DNA of 64,000 nt from positions 3,334 through 67,333 of the forward strand of contig JACQHJ010000001.1 in assembly GCA_016199085.1 (NCBI GenBank), given 5' to 3'. Shown here piece by piece: positions 19,786 through 27,187 of this stretch. Source of the stretch: Candidatus Levyibacteriota bacterium. GTDB taxonomy: Bacteria > Patescibacteriota > Microgenomatia > Levybacterales > UBA12049. Below the pieces are notes generated by a model. That model was not told the DNA's origin, made no database searches, and saw only the letters and a program-made list of their open reading frames with translations. The translations under genes and the position numbers were made by a program. How positions within the stretch are numbered: the stretch's first letter is position 1; each line of letters opens with the position of its first letter.

Positions 19786-20763
19786 ATGAGTATTAAAAAT
19801 ATTAAAAAAAAGTATTTTAATAAAAAATCATTTAAAAAAATTAAGAAGTTTTTTAGCGAAAAGGGTCTTAAATCTTTATTAATTTTTCTTGTAATAATTG
19901 CCTCTTTCTTATCTGGAATACTATTTGATAAGGTAACAATACTTAAAAACGCTGAGAATATCAAGAATACGGAGGTTTTGGAGAATAATAAACAGACCGA
20001 AGACCTAACTAGGCTACAAGATAAAGTCCTTAAGGAAAATTATGTTTTTAAAATTAAATGGGGAGATTTGGGTAAAAGAATGGTTGAGGATGGTGTTATT
20101 GATAAAGAAAAGTTTGCCCAGGCCATAACTGGAGAAAACCAACTTCCAAAAGATTTGGATAAATACTTCTCTGACGGACAGGATAAAATAGAAATCAATC
20201 CGCAAAATGCACAATTTTGGGTTGATATTTTGTGGGGACTGGGTCTTGCCAACAAAAATAGGATTTTGGAAGAAGGTGCTATGAAGCAAAATGGAGATAC
20301 TTCTAATTTTGCTTCAACCGGAGGATGGACCCTGGGGCCCGAAGACCCAATGTCTATATATTCAAGATACTCATATATTAATCTTTCCCAAAGGGAGCAA
20401 GAGATTGTAGAAGAAATTGCAGGAAATATTTATAGGCCATGCTGTGGTAATTCAACAGCATTTCCTGACTGTAATCATGGAATGGCAATGCTTGGACTAA
20501 TAGAGCTAATGGTTTCTCAGGGATTTTCCAAAGACGAGATTTATAAAACGGCACTTGCGTTTAATACTTACTGGTTTCCAAATACTTATCTAAATACAGC
20601 TTATTATCTAGATATAAACGGTAAGGATTATAATAAAATATCTCCAAAAGAAATTCTATCTGAAAATTTTTCAAGCGCTATGGGGGCTCAAGCAATTGCA
20701 AAAGAATCTGAAGGTGTTGAGTGGCCTGCGCTTCAAAGTAGCGGAGGAAGCTGCGGAGCGTAG
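19786..20763 (+). CDS. exported Cys-motif hypothetical protein
   Basis: N-terminal TM; FASTGGWT, IYRPCCGNSTAFPDCNHG, C-terminal GGSCGA. Confidence 0.8.
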   Translation: MSIKNIKKKYFNKKSFKKIKKFFSEKGLKSLLIFLVIIASFLSGILFDKVTILKNAENIKNTEVLENNKQTEDLTRLQDKVLKENYVFKIKWGDLGKRMVEDGVIDKEKFAQAITGENQLPKDLDKYFSDGQDKIEINPQNAQFWVDILWGLGLANKNRILEEGAMKQNGDTSNFASTGGWTLGPEDPMSIYSRYSYINLSQREQEIVEEIAGNIYRPCCGNSTAFPDCNHGMAMLGLIELMVSQGFSKDEIYKTALAFNTYWFPNTYLNTAYYLDINGKDYNKISPKEILSENFSSAMGAQAIAKESEGVEWPALQSSGGSCGA

Positions 20764-20766
20764 AAA

Positions 20767-21204
20767 ATGAAAAACAATATTAGCATATCAATAAGAAATG
20801 CCGCAGTTTCGACTATTATCCTTTTGCTAATTTATATCTCGATTGTTTCATTTGTAAGCGGATGGGATTTTACCAAAGACCAATTTTCAAGATATTGGTA
20901 TTTTATCATAACGCTTGCGATAGGATTTGGCACTCAAGTTGGTTTTTACACCTATCTTAAAAATGCAATCAAACAAAATGCTTCGCCAAGGGTTTTGGCT
21001 GTTTCAGGGACAACCTCAACAGCGGCTATGATTTCATGCTGCGCCCATTATCTTGTAAATCTTTTGCCAATCTTAGGAGCAGTAGGTATTATTACTGTTA
21101 TTTCTCAATATCAAATTCAACTCTTCTGGGTAGGAATTGCTTTTAATTTTTTAGGAATAGCTTATATGGCAAATAAAGTTTACAAATTTTCAAAAGTAAT
21201 ATGA
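20767..21204 (+). CDS. 4-TM membrane protein with SCCAH motif
   Basis: Hydrophobic helices with MISCCAHY; tight operon spacing. Confidence 0.8.
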   Translation: MKNNISISIRNAAVSTIILLLIYISIVSFVSGWDFTKDQFSRYWYFIITLAIGFGTQVGFYTYLKNAIKQNASPRVLAVSGTTSTAAMISCCAHYLVNLLPILGAVGIITVISQYQIQLFWVGIAFNFLGIAYMANKVYKFSKVI

Positions 21205-21650
21205 GAAATAAATTAATTTTACTTTCGGTCTTAATAATAAGTTTAGCAATTCTTGCTTTTGTTATTTTGAAATTGCCAAGTCAAAACACCCAAACCCAAA
21301 TCCAACCAAAAAGTAAAACAAGTGTTTTATACGAATCAAAAACAGATGAAAAGGGATCAGTAGTAGTAGAGGTCAAGCCGCTTTCGTTAATACCAAAAGA
21401 CAATGTTTCATTTAATCTTACGTTTACGACCCATTCGGGTGATCTTAGCTATGATATTGCTGCTATTGCAAAACTTCAAGACGATAAGGGAAATACATCT
21501 AAAGCCCTATCCTGGACTGGAGGGAAAGGCGGACATCATCTATCGGGTATCCTTACATTCCCTAAACTATCAGAAGATGCTTGGGCTGTGACATTAACAA
21601 TTTCGGGAATTGATAATCAGGATAGGATTTTTGAATGGGAATTAAACTAA
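21201..21650 (+). CDS. exported hypothetical protein with His motifs
   Basis: N-terminal TM; THSGDL, GGHHLSG; 4-nt overlap with the upstream gene. Confidence 0.78.
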   Translation: MRNKLILLSVLIISLAILAFVILKLPSQNTQTQIQPKSKTSVLYESKTDEKGSVVVEVKPLSLIPKDNVSFNLTFTTHSGDLSYDIAAIAKLQDDKGNTSKALSWTGGKGGHHLSGILTFPKLSEDAWAVTLTISGIDNQDRIFEWELN

Positions 21651-21654
21651 GTAT

Positions 21655-21975
21655 ATGAAAAATAATTTAGTGGCCTGGGTTATAGGAGCGTTGGTTGTCG
21701 GAGGATTTTTTGGATTTTTAATCGGACAAAACAATCAGACATTTGAAAGAGACAGCATGAATGAAGCCGCCTCAATGATGAAAGATAACGGTTCTTACAT
21801 GATGCAGATGGGAAAAATGATGAGGGAAAACGGAATGATGATGCAAAATATGGGAACACAAATGGGAGATCAGGATTTTTCCCAAAAAGGTAAAGAATTG
21901 GAAGATAATGGAGGAATGATGGAGGAAAGAGGTTCCCAAATGAACGATCGCGGTAATGGAATGATGAACTATTAA
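21655..21975 (+). CDS. exported Met-rich putative Cu(I)-binding protein
   Basis: N-terminal TM followed by repeated G-x-x-M-M units (YMMQMGKMM, GMMMQNMG, GGMM). Confidence 0.75.
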   Translation: MKNNLVAWVIGALVVGGFFGFLIGQNNQTFERDSMNEAASMMKDNGSYMMQMGKMMRENGMMMQNMGTQMGDQDFSQKGKELEDNGGMMEERGSQMNDRGNGMMNY

Positions 21976-21992
21976 AAAAGGAGGTGAGAATA

Positions 21993-22256
21993 ATGTTAAA
22001 ACCAATAGCATTAGCAAATGCGTCTGCAGTTGTTGCACTAGGCATTTATGTTTTGTGCTGGATTTTGGCGCTTGTTGCTCCTGACTTTCTTTTCGTTGTT
22101 GCCAAAAGCTGGTTTCATGCATTTAACATTGACAGCGCGCAGACTGCAGCTTCGCTAAACATTGTGGAATTGGCCTTAGGAGCAGTAGCGCTATCTGTAT
22201 TAGTCTGGGTAACTTTCTACGCCGGGGCTGTTTTGTACAATAAATGGGCAGAATAG
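21993..22256 (+). CDS. small membrane protein (DUF5676-like)
   Basis: SD AAGGAGGTG at 21978-21986 places the start at ATG 21993; YVLC, SWFH, LYN motifs. Confidence 0.75.
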   Translation: MLKPIALANASAVVALGIYVLCWILALVAPDFLFVVAKSWFHAFNIDSAQTAASLNIVELALGAVALSVLVWVTFYAGAVLYNKWAE

Positions 22257-22287
22257 ATCCTAGCGTTACCGATTAAGTTTTTACAGA

Positions 22288-22452
22288 GTGGTAATTATAG
22301 TATTTGGCGGGTTATATTTTTATGGAGGAAAATATTCAGCTACGGAGATTATACTTAAAACAAGTGCGTCGGGGGGATACCAGGGAGACGTAGTGATGGC
22401 AGGAATTGCTAACCCAAAAAAATACAAGGAGATAATCAGTAAATATTTCTAG
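22288..22452 (+). pseudogene. possible remnant of a bacterial PH-domain membrane protein
   Basis: WRKIFSYGD in one frame continues after a 1-nt shift as ILKTSASGGYQGDVVMAGIANPKKYKEII, like bPH_2 C-termini; no convincing start. Confidence 0.35.
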
Positions 22453-22455
22453 TGA

Positions 22456-22503
22456 TTGACAAATATAAGAAGTCTTGCTAATATATCCCCTATAGGGGGA
22501 TAT
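22456..22503 (+). promoter_or_regulatory. promoter with CsoR-type C/G-tract operator
   Basis: TTGACA 22456-22461, 17-bp spacer, TGnTAATAT ending 22484, inverted repeat ATATCCCC-TATAG-GGGGATAT at 22483-22503. Confidence 0.85.
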
Positions 22504-22521
22504 CTGTAAAGAAAGAAAAAT

Positions 22522-22791
22522 ATGGCATATAGACCAAAAGATACTCAGGAAAGAATCATACACCGCCTTAAAATTGCCAGAGGACAACTGGACGCTGTTA
22601 TAAAAATGGTAGTAGAAGATAAATACTGCATTGATGTAATTCATCAATCCAAAGCTGTTCAGGAGGCATTGAAGCAAATAGACAACATAATGCTTGAAAA
22701 CCATTTACAAACCTGCGTTGGTGATTCTTTCAAAAGTGGTAATCAGAAAAAAGCAACAGAAGAGCTAATGCGGGTTTTTCGCAAAAACTAA
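22522..22791 (+). CDS. csoR: CsoR copper-sensing repressor
   Basis: RLKIARGQL, YCIDV, ENHLQTC (Cys-His-Cys ligand set). Confidence 0.92.
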   Translation: MAYRPKDTQERIIHRLKIARGQLDAVIKMVVEDKYCIDVIHQSKAVQEALKQIDNIMLENHLQTCVGDSFKSGNQKKATEELMRVFRKN

Positions 22792-22797
22792 ACAGAT

Positions 22798-23016
22798 ATG
22801 GATTTTACCTATGCCTATTTAATTGCCAGTATTTTACTATTATTTGTTTGGCTTTTTCCAGGTTACGTTGAAGCAGTTTGGAATTTAAAGGCAATTTCAG
22901 GAATTCTGATTGTCGGAATTCCTATCGAAGAACTTTTATTTGCGGCCTCTCTTGGCGCAATGTGGAGCAGTATTTACGAACATTTTAGTTGGTATAAATT
23001 CTCAAAAAAATTATAA
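22798..23016 (+). CDS. short lycopene-cyclase-domain-like membrane protein, probably internally deleted
   Basis: WNL..ISGILIVGIPIEELLF motif; only 72 aa. Confidence 0.55.
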   Translation: MDFTYAYLIASILLLFVWLFPGYVEAVWNLKAISGILIVGIPIEELLFAASLGAMWSSIYEHFSWYKFSKKL

Positions 23017-23036
23017 AGATTTATATAACTTAGGAT

Positions 23037-23171
23037 ATGAATAAAAATATGACTACATATATTTGTCCAATGCATAAAGAAGTGCAATTAGATAAACCCG
23101 GTAGATGCCCAAAGTGTGGCATGAAATTAGTTGAAAAAGGAAAGGAGAAAAACAATGAATGCTGCTGCTAA
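23037..23171 (+). CDS. 44-aa stand-alone heavy-metal-binding (YxCPMH) peptide ending in CCC
   Basis: Manual translation MNKNMTTYICPMHKEVQLDKPGRCPKCGMKLVEKGKEKNNECCC; alternative ATG at 23049; overlaps the copA start. Confidence 0.85.
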   Translation: MNKNMTTYICPMHKEVQLDKPGRCPKCGMKLVEKGKEKNNECCC

Positions 23172-25404
23172 AAATGGAAAAATAATAGTTTATTCTTGCC
23201 CGATGCATTCGGAAGTTCGCTCAGACAAGCCCGGAACCTGTCCAAAATGCGGTATGAGGCTTATTGAAACAAAAGTGGAGAAAGACCACAAAGATGGAAA
23301 TCAAACTATGAAACACGGAGAGCATGTAATGCAGCCTACTTCTGAAATGTCATTCTGGGATAAATTCAAAATGAGCATGACCATGAGTATGGGTATGGAG
23401 CATGGAGGGTTGGCTGGGAGGGAGATGGCAAAACTTATGGAAGAGGATATTCGCAATAAGTTTTTCTTTGCACTTTTTTTATCGTTTCCGATTATTCTCT
23501 ATTCTCCACTTGGAACCCAATTTCTAAAAATAAGTTTGCCGGAACTTATTCCAACACCCTGGCTTTTGTTTTTACTCACAACTCCTGTTTTTTTCTATTC
23601 CGGATGGATTTTTTTGTATTCAACCTACAAAGCATTACAGGCGAAAACCTTAAATATGGCAGTTCTTATTGCGGTCGGTATTACAGCAGCTTATGTCTTT
23701 AGTGTTGTTTTGACTCTTCTTGGAAGCTTAGACTCGTATTATGAGGCTGCAGCACTTCTTATTACTTTTGTTCTCTTTGGGCACTGGATGGAAATGAAAT
23801 CAAGAAGGGGGACAACAGATGCTCTGCAGGCGCTTTTTAATTTAGTACCCCCTCAGGCAAGAATACTTAGAAACGGGAGAGAAGAACTTATCCCAACTTC
23901 CCAGGTAAAGCTTGGAGATATTATTATTCTTAAACCAGGAGATAAAGTGCCGGTTGACGGGCAAATCTTAGATGGCGAAACAGCAATAGATGAGTCTTTG
24001 GTAACGGGAGAGTCACTCCCGGTTGCCAAGAAAAAAGGAGATAATGTAATTGGAGGCTCAATTAATACTTCCGGTTCAGTTAGATTTAAAGCAACAAAAG
24101 TCGGAGAGGATACTGCTCTTGCTCAGATTGTTAAAATGGTAGAAACAGCGCAAAGCTCAAAAGCTCCGGGACAGAAAATTGCAGACAGGTTTGCAAAATA
24201 TCTCGTAATTGTTGCAGTCGGAGGCGGACTGCTAACTTTCTCAATCTGGTTTTTTGTAATTGGTCAAACTTTAATGTTTGCCTTAACTTTTGCAATTTCT
24301 ACTGTAGTAATAGCCTGTCCTGATGCCTTGGGGCTTGCCACGCCCACTGCTGTTGCAGTTGGAACAGGACTTGGTGCAAAGCACAATATCCTTATTAAGG
24401 ATGCACCCACCCTTGAGCAAGCTTCAAAAATTCAAGCAATAGTTTTAGATAAAACTGGGACTTTGACCCAAGGCAAACCTACCATTACCGACATCGTTTC
24501 CGCAGAAGGATTTTCGGAAAACGAAATCATTGAACTTGACGCAGCAGCGGAAGCCAAATCTTCTCATCCATTAAGTCAGGCAATTTTGGAGGAAGCAAAG
24601 AAAAGAAAATTAACTATTCCAACTAAGGTTGAAGGTTTTAAAAATCTTGCAGGACATGGGGTTGAGGCGAAAGTTTTAGGAAAGCACGTTCTTGTTGGAA
24701 CCGTAAAGCTTATGAATGATAGGAGCGTAGATATAACATCTTTACAAAAAGAAATTGATAGATTACTAATGCAGGGAAAAACAATTATGGTTTTGGCGGT
24801 TGATGGGGAAATTGCCGGAATAGCGGCAGCCTTAGATCCAATAAAAGAAAATGCAAAAATCGCAGTTGAGCGTATGAAAGAGCTTGGACTGGAAGTTGCT
24901 ATGATTACGGGAGACAATAAAAAAACCGGAGAATCAATTGGAAGGGAGCTTGGAATAGATAGGGTTTTTGCTGAAGTACTCCCCGAAGATAAAGCAAAAT
25001 ATGTTAAAAAACTTCAGGATGAAGGTAAATTCGTTGCAATGGTTGGAGATGGAGTTAATGATGCTCCGGCTCTTGCACAGGCTGACATTGGAATTGCAAT
25101 TGGTGCAGGAACAGATGTGGCAATTGAGACTGCAAAAATAGTCCTTATGAAATCAGATCCTCTTGATATTTTAAGAGCAATTAAGCTTTCAAAAGCAACC
25201 GTTACAAAAATGAAACAAAATCTATTCTGGGCATCGATTTACAATTTACTGGCAATTCCGATTGCCGCAGGAGTTTTATATCCTAAATTTGGCCTAGAAC
25301 TTCGTCCTGAGTTTGCAGCACTTCTTATGAGTGTATCCTCAATTATAGTAGCAACAAATGCAGTGCTTTTGAATAGAGCTGAAAAAAACCTGATAACTAT
25401 TTAA
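23155..25404 (+). CDS. copA: copper-translocating P1B-type ATPase (CPD variant)
   Basis: N-terminal YSCPMH..CPKCGM, TGES, ACPDALGLA, DKTGT, HPL, GDGVND, YN and MxxSS; SD AAGGAG before ATG 23155. Confidence 0.93.
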   Translation: MNAAAKNGKIIVYSCPMHSEVRSDKPGTCPKCGMRLIETKVEKDHKDGNQTMKHGEHVMQPTSEMSFWDKFKMSMTMSMGMEHGGLAGREMAKLMEEDIRNKFFFALFLSFPIILYSPLGTQFLKISLPELIPTPWLLFLLTTPVFFYSGWIFLYSTYKALQAKTLNMAVLIAVGITAAYVFSVVLTLLGSLDSYYEAAALLITFVLFGHWMEMKSRRGTTDALQALFNLVPPQARILRNGREELIPTSQVKLGDIIILKPGDKVPVDGQILDGETAIDESLVTGESLPVAKKKGDNVIGGSINTSGSVRFKATKVGEDTALAQIVKMVETAQSSKAPGQKIADRFAKYLVIVAVGGGLLTFSIWFFVIGQTLMFALTFAISTVVIACPDALGLATPTAVAVGTGLGAKHNILIKDAPTLEQASKIQAIVLDKTGTLTQGKPTITDIVSAEGFSENEIIELDAAAEAKSSHPLSQAILEEAKKRKLTIPTKVEGFKNLAGHGVEAKVLGKHVLVGTVKLMNDRSVDITSLQKEIDRLLMQGKTIMVLAVDGEIAGIAAALDPIKENAKIAVERMKELGLEVAMITGDNKKTGESIGRELGIDRVFAEVLPEDKAKYVKKLQDEGKFVAMVGDGVNDAPALAQADIGIAIGAGTDVAIETAKIVLMKSDPLDILRAIKLSKATVTKMKQNLFWASIYNLLAIPIAAGVLYPKFGLELRPEFAALLMSVSSIIVATNAVLLNRAEKNLITI

Positions 25405-25416
25405 AGCCTTAAATAA

Positions 25417-25587
25417 ACTCTGATAGTTGATAAATGGTGTTATCTTGGAAGTATCAAGCATGAACCAGATGGCTTAAATGATTTAGTAAAAGAATATAGA
25501 TTTGATATAGATACTTATAAAATTTTAAGCATATACATTTTAAACCCAAATAATCAAAAAAACATAAACCTTCTTAATAAAAGTTAA
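25417..25587 (+). pseudogene. startless 3' gene remnant resembling the C-terminus of DnaQ/GIY-YIG exonuclease proteins
   Basis: Open frame TLIVDKWCYLGSI...FDIDTYKIL...* with no ATG; begins right after the copA stop. Confidence 0.55.
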
Positions 25588-25613
25588 TTGTACGATTTTG
25601 CTATAATCTACCC

Positions 25614-26156
25614 ATGGCAATTATTAAAAAAGACGAAGTTTCCTTAAGAAGCTTTTCGGATAAAGATTTTGTCAAACTATTTCAGCTTATTGATAAAAAT
25701 AGAAACCATATTGGACAGTGGCTTTCTTGGGTTTCCAAAACACATTCGGAAAAAGATGTTAAAAAAACTCTTTTAGAATGGAAAGAAAAAGACAAAAGAC
25801 AGGAAACGTTACATCTTAAAATCTTTTACAACCAAAGCTTTGTCGGAGTGATAAGTTTTAATACAATCTCTAAAGAAAATAAAAAAGCAGAGATTGGCTA
25901 TTGGCTAGACAAGAATTACCAGGGAAAAGGTATTATGACTAAAGCCTGCAAGCTTTTAATAGAACACGGATTTAATAAATTAAAGCTGCATCGAATTGAA
26001 ATTTCCTGCGCAGACGGAAATAGCAAAAGCTGCGCAATTCCTCAAAGATTGGGTTTTAAAAAAGAAGGATATTTCAAACAGGCAGGTTTGATAAACGGCA
26101 AATTTTTTGATGTTAACTGGTTTGGATTAGTTGTTAATGATTGGAAAAAGATTTAA
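25614..26156 (+). CDS. RimL/YdaF-like GNAT acetyltransferase
   Basis: AEIGYWL..YQGKGIMT, LHRIEI, N.KS.AIPQRLGF..EG. Confidence 0.9.
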   Translation: MAIIKKDEVSLRSFSDKDFVKLFQLIDKNRNHIGQWLSWVSKTHSEKDVKKTLLEWKEKDKRQETLHLKIFYNQSFVGVISFNTISKENKKAEIGYWLDKNYQGKGIMTKACKLLIEHGFNKLKLHRIEISCADGNSKSCAIPQRLGFKKEGYFKQAGLINGKFFDVNWFGLVVNDWKKI

Positions 26157-26261
26157 ATACTACCACGTACAAAAATCACAGATATTTCGTCTAAAAATAG
26201 CTATAATCTTCTCAAAATTATTACAAAGATTTTATTTTAATTTTAAGGCAGGTGAACCTAT

Positions 26262-26510
26262 ATGGCAAAAACAAGAAAAGAGGAAATTAAAATTGACGGG
26301 GAACATTTAGTCAAGAAAGTAAAAGAACTAATAAAGGAAGGAAATATCAGAAAAATCACCATCAAAGACAAAAGCGGAAAGGAACTGATAACCTTTCCTT
26401 TAACAATCGGAGTAGTCGGAACCATGATTGCACCAGTCCTTGCCGCAATTGGAGCATTGGCTGCTTTAATGGCGGAATGCACAATTTCTGTAGAAAGAGA
26501 GGAGGAGTAG
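26262..26510 (+). CDS. DUF4342-like protein
   Basis: VKKVKELIKEGNIRKITIK...PLTIGVVG..APVLAAIGA; SD-like GGCAGGTG. Confidence 0.8.
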   Translation: MAKTRKEEIKIDGEHLVKKVKELIKEGNIRKITIKDKSGKELITFPLTIGVVGTMIAPVLAAIGALAALMAECTISVEREEE

Positions 26511-26514
26511 ATTC

Positions 26515-26667
26515 ATGAAGATAAATGCTAAGTGGCATAAAGCAAATAAAATGCCCAAAAATCCTTCCACTGAGCAAAGAATTGTTTGGCATAAAGACCA
26601 TATTAAAAATTGCAGTTGCTTTCCCGTTCCTGCAAAGCTTAAAGAAGAAATGGAAAAACGAGGATAA
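26515..26667 (+). CDS. 50-aa His/Cys small protein
   Basis: Manual translation MKINAKWHKANKMPKNPSTEQRIVWHKDHIKNCSCFPVPAKLKEEMEKRG; GGAGGAG upstream. Confidence 0.75.
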   Translation: MKINAKWHKANKMPKNPSTEQRIVWHKDHIKNCSCFPVPAKLKEEMEKRG

Positions 26668-26714
26668 GCTTTCTAGTTGCATTTAAAAATTTGTAGGCGT
26701 ACGATTATAAATAA

Positions 26715-27128
26715 ATGAGACTAAATTCAGTCTATACATACATAAAAGTACTTTCTCTTATTGGCATAGGTCTTGCAATCTATCTTCTTTATGAACAATT
26801 CACAAATTCCCCATTTAGCCCCTGCAATATAAGCGAGACAATAAATTGCGACCCGATAGTAAAAGGAGAACTGGCAAAAACCTTTGGCATTTCCACACCC
26901 CTTTTGGGGTTATTGGGCTATGTCTTTATTTTTATTTTTTCCTTTTTGCAAAAGAAAAAAGCACTATTTTCCGTTGCAACATTTGGCTTTCTGTTTTGTC
27001 TTTGGATAGGTTACCGGGAATTATTTGAATTTAAGACAATTTGTCCAATCTGTATTGCCTGCACAACGGTAATCACGCTTATTTTCATTCTCTCATTTTT
27101 GATAGTCAAAAAGACAGTAAAAAACTAA
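26715..27128 (+). CDS. vitamin K epoxide reductase (VKOR) family protein
   Basis: Loop cysteines CNISETINC, CPIC active site, 4 TM helices. Confidence 0.88.
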   Translation: MRLNSVYTYIKVLSLIGIGLAIYLLYEQFTNSPFSPCNISETINCDPIVKGELAKTFGISTPLLGLLGYVFIFIFSFLQKKKALFSVATFGFLFCLWIGYRELFEFKTICPICIACTTVITLIFILSFLIVKKTVKN

Positions 27129-27187
27129 TATATTATCCCCGCAATTTATAAAGAAAAAGCTCTAAAATGATATAATAAACACCCAAA

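Noticed and set aside
22361-22415. GC-rich stretch with short pairings as a riboswitch or ncRNA
   Set aside because: Stems are short, match no family I recognise, and a decayed coding fragment explains the sequence
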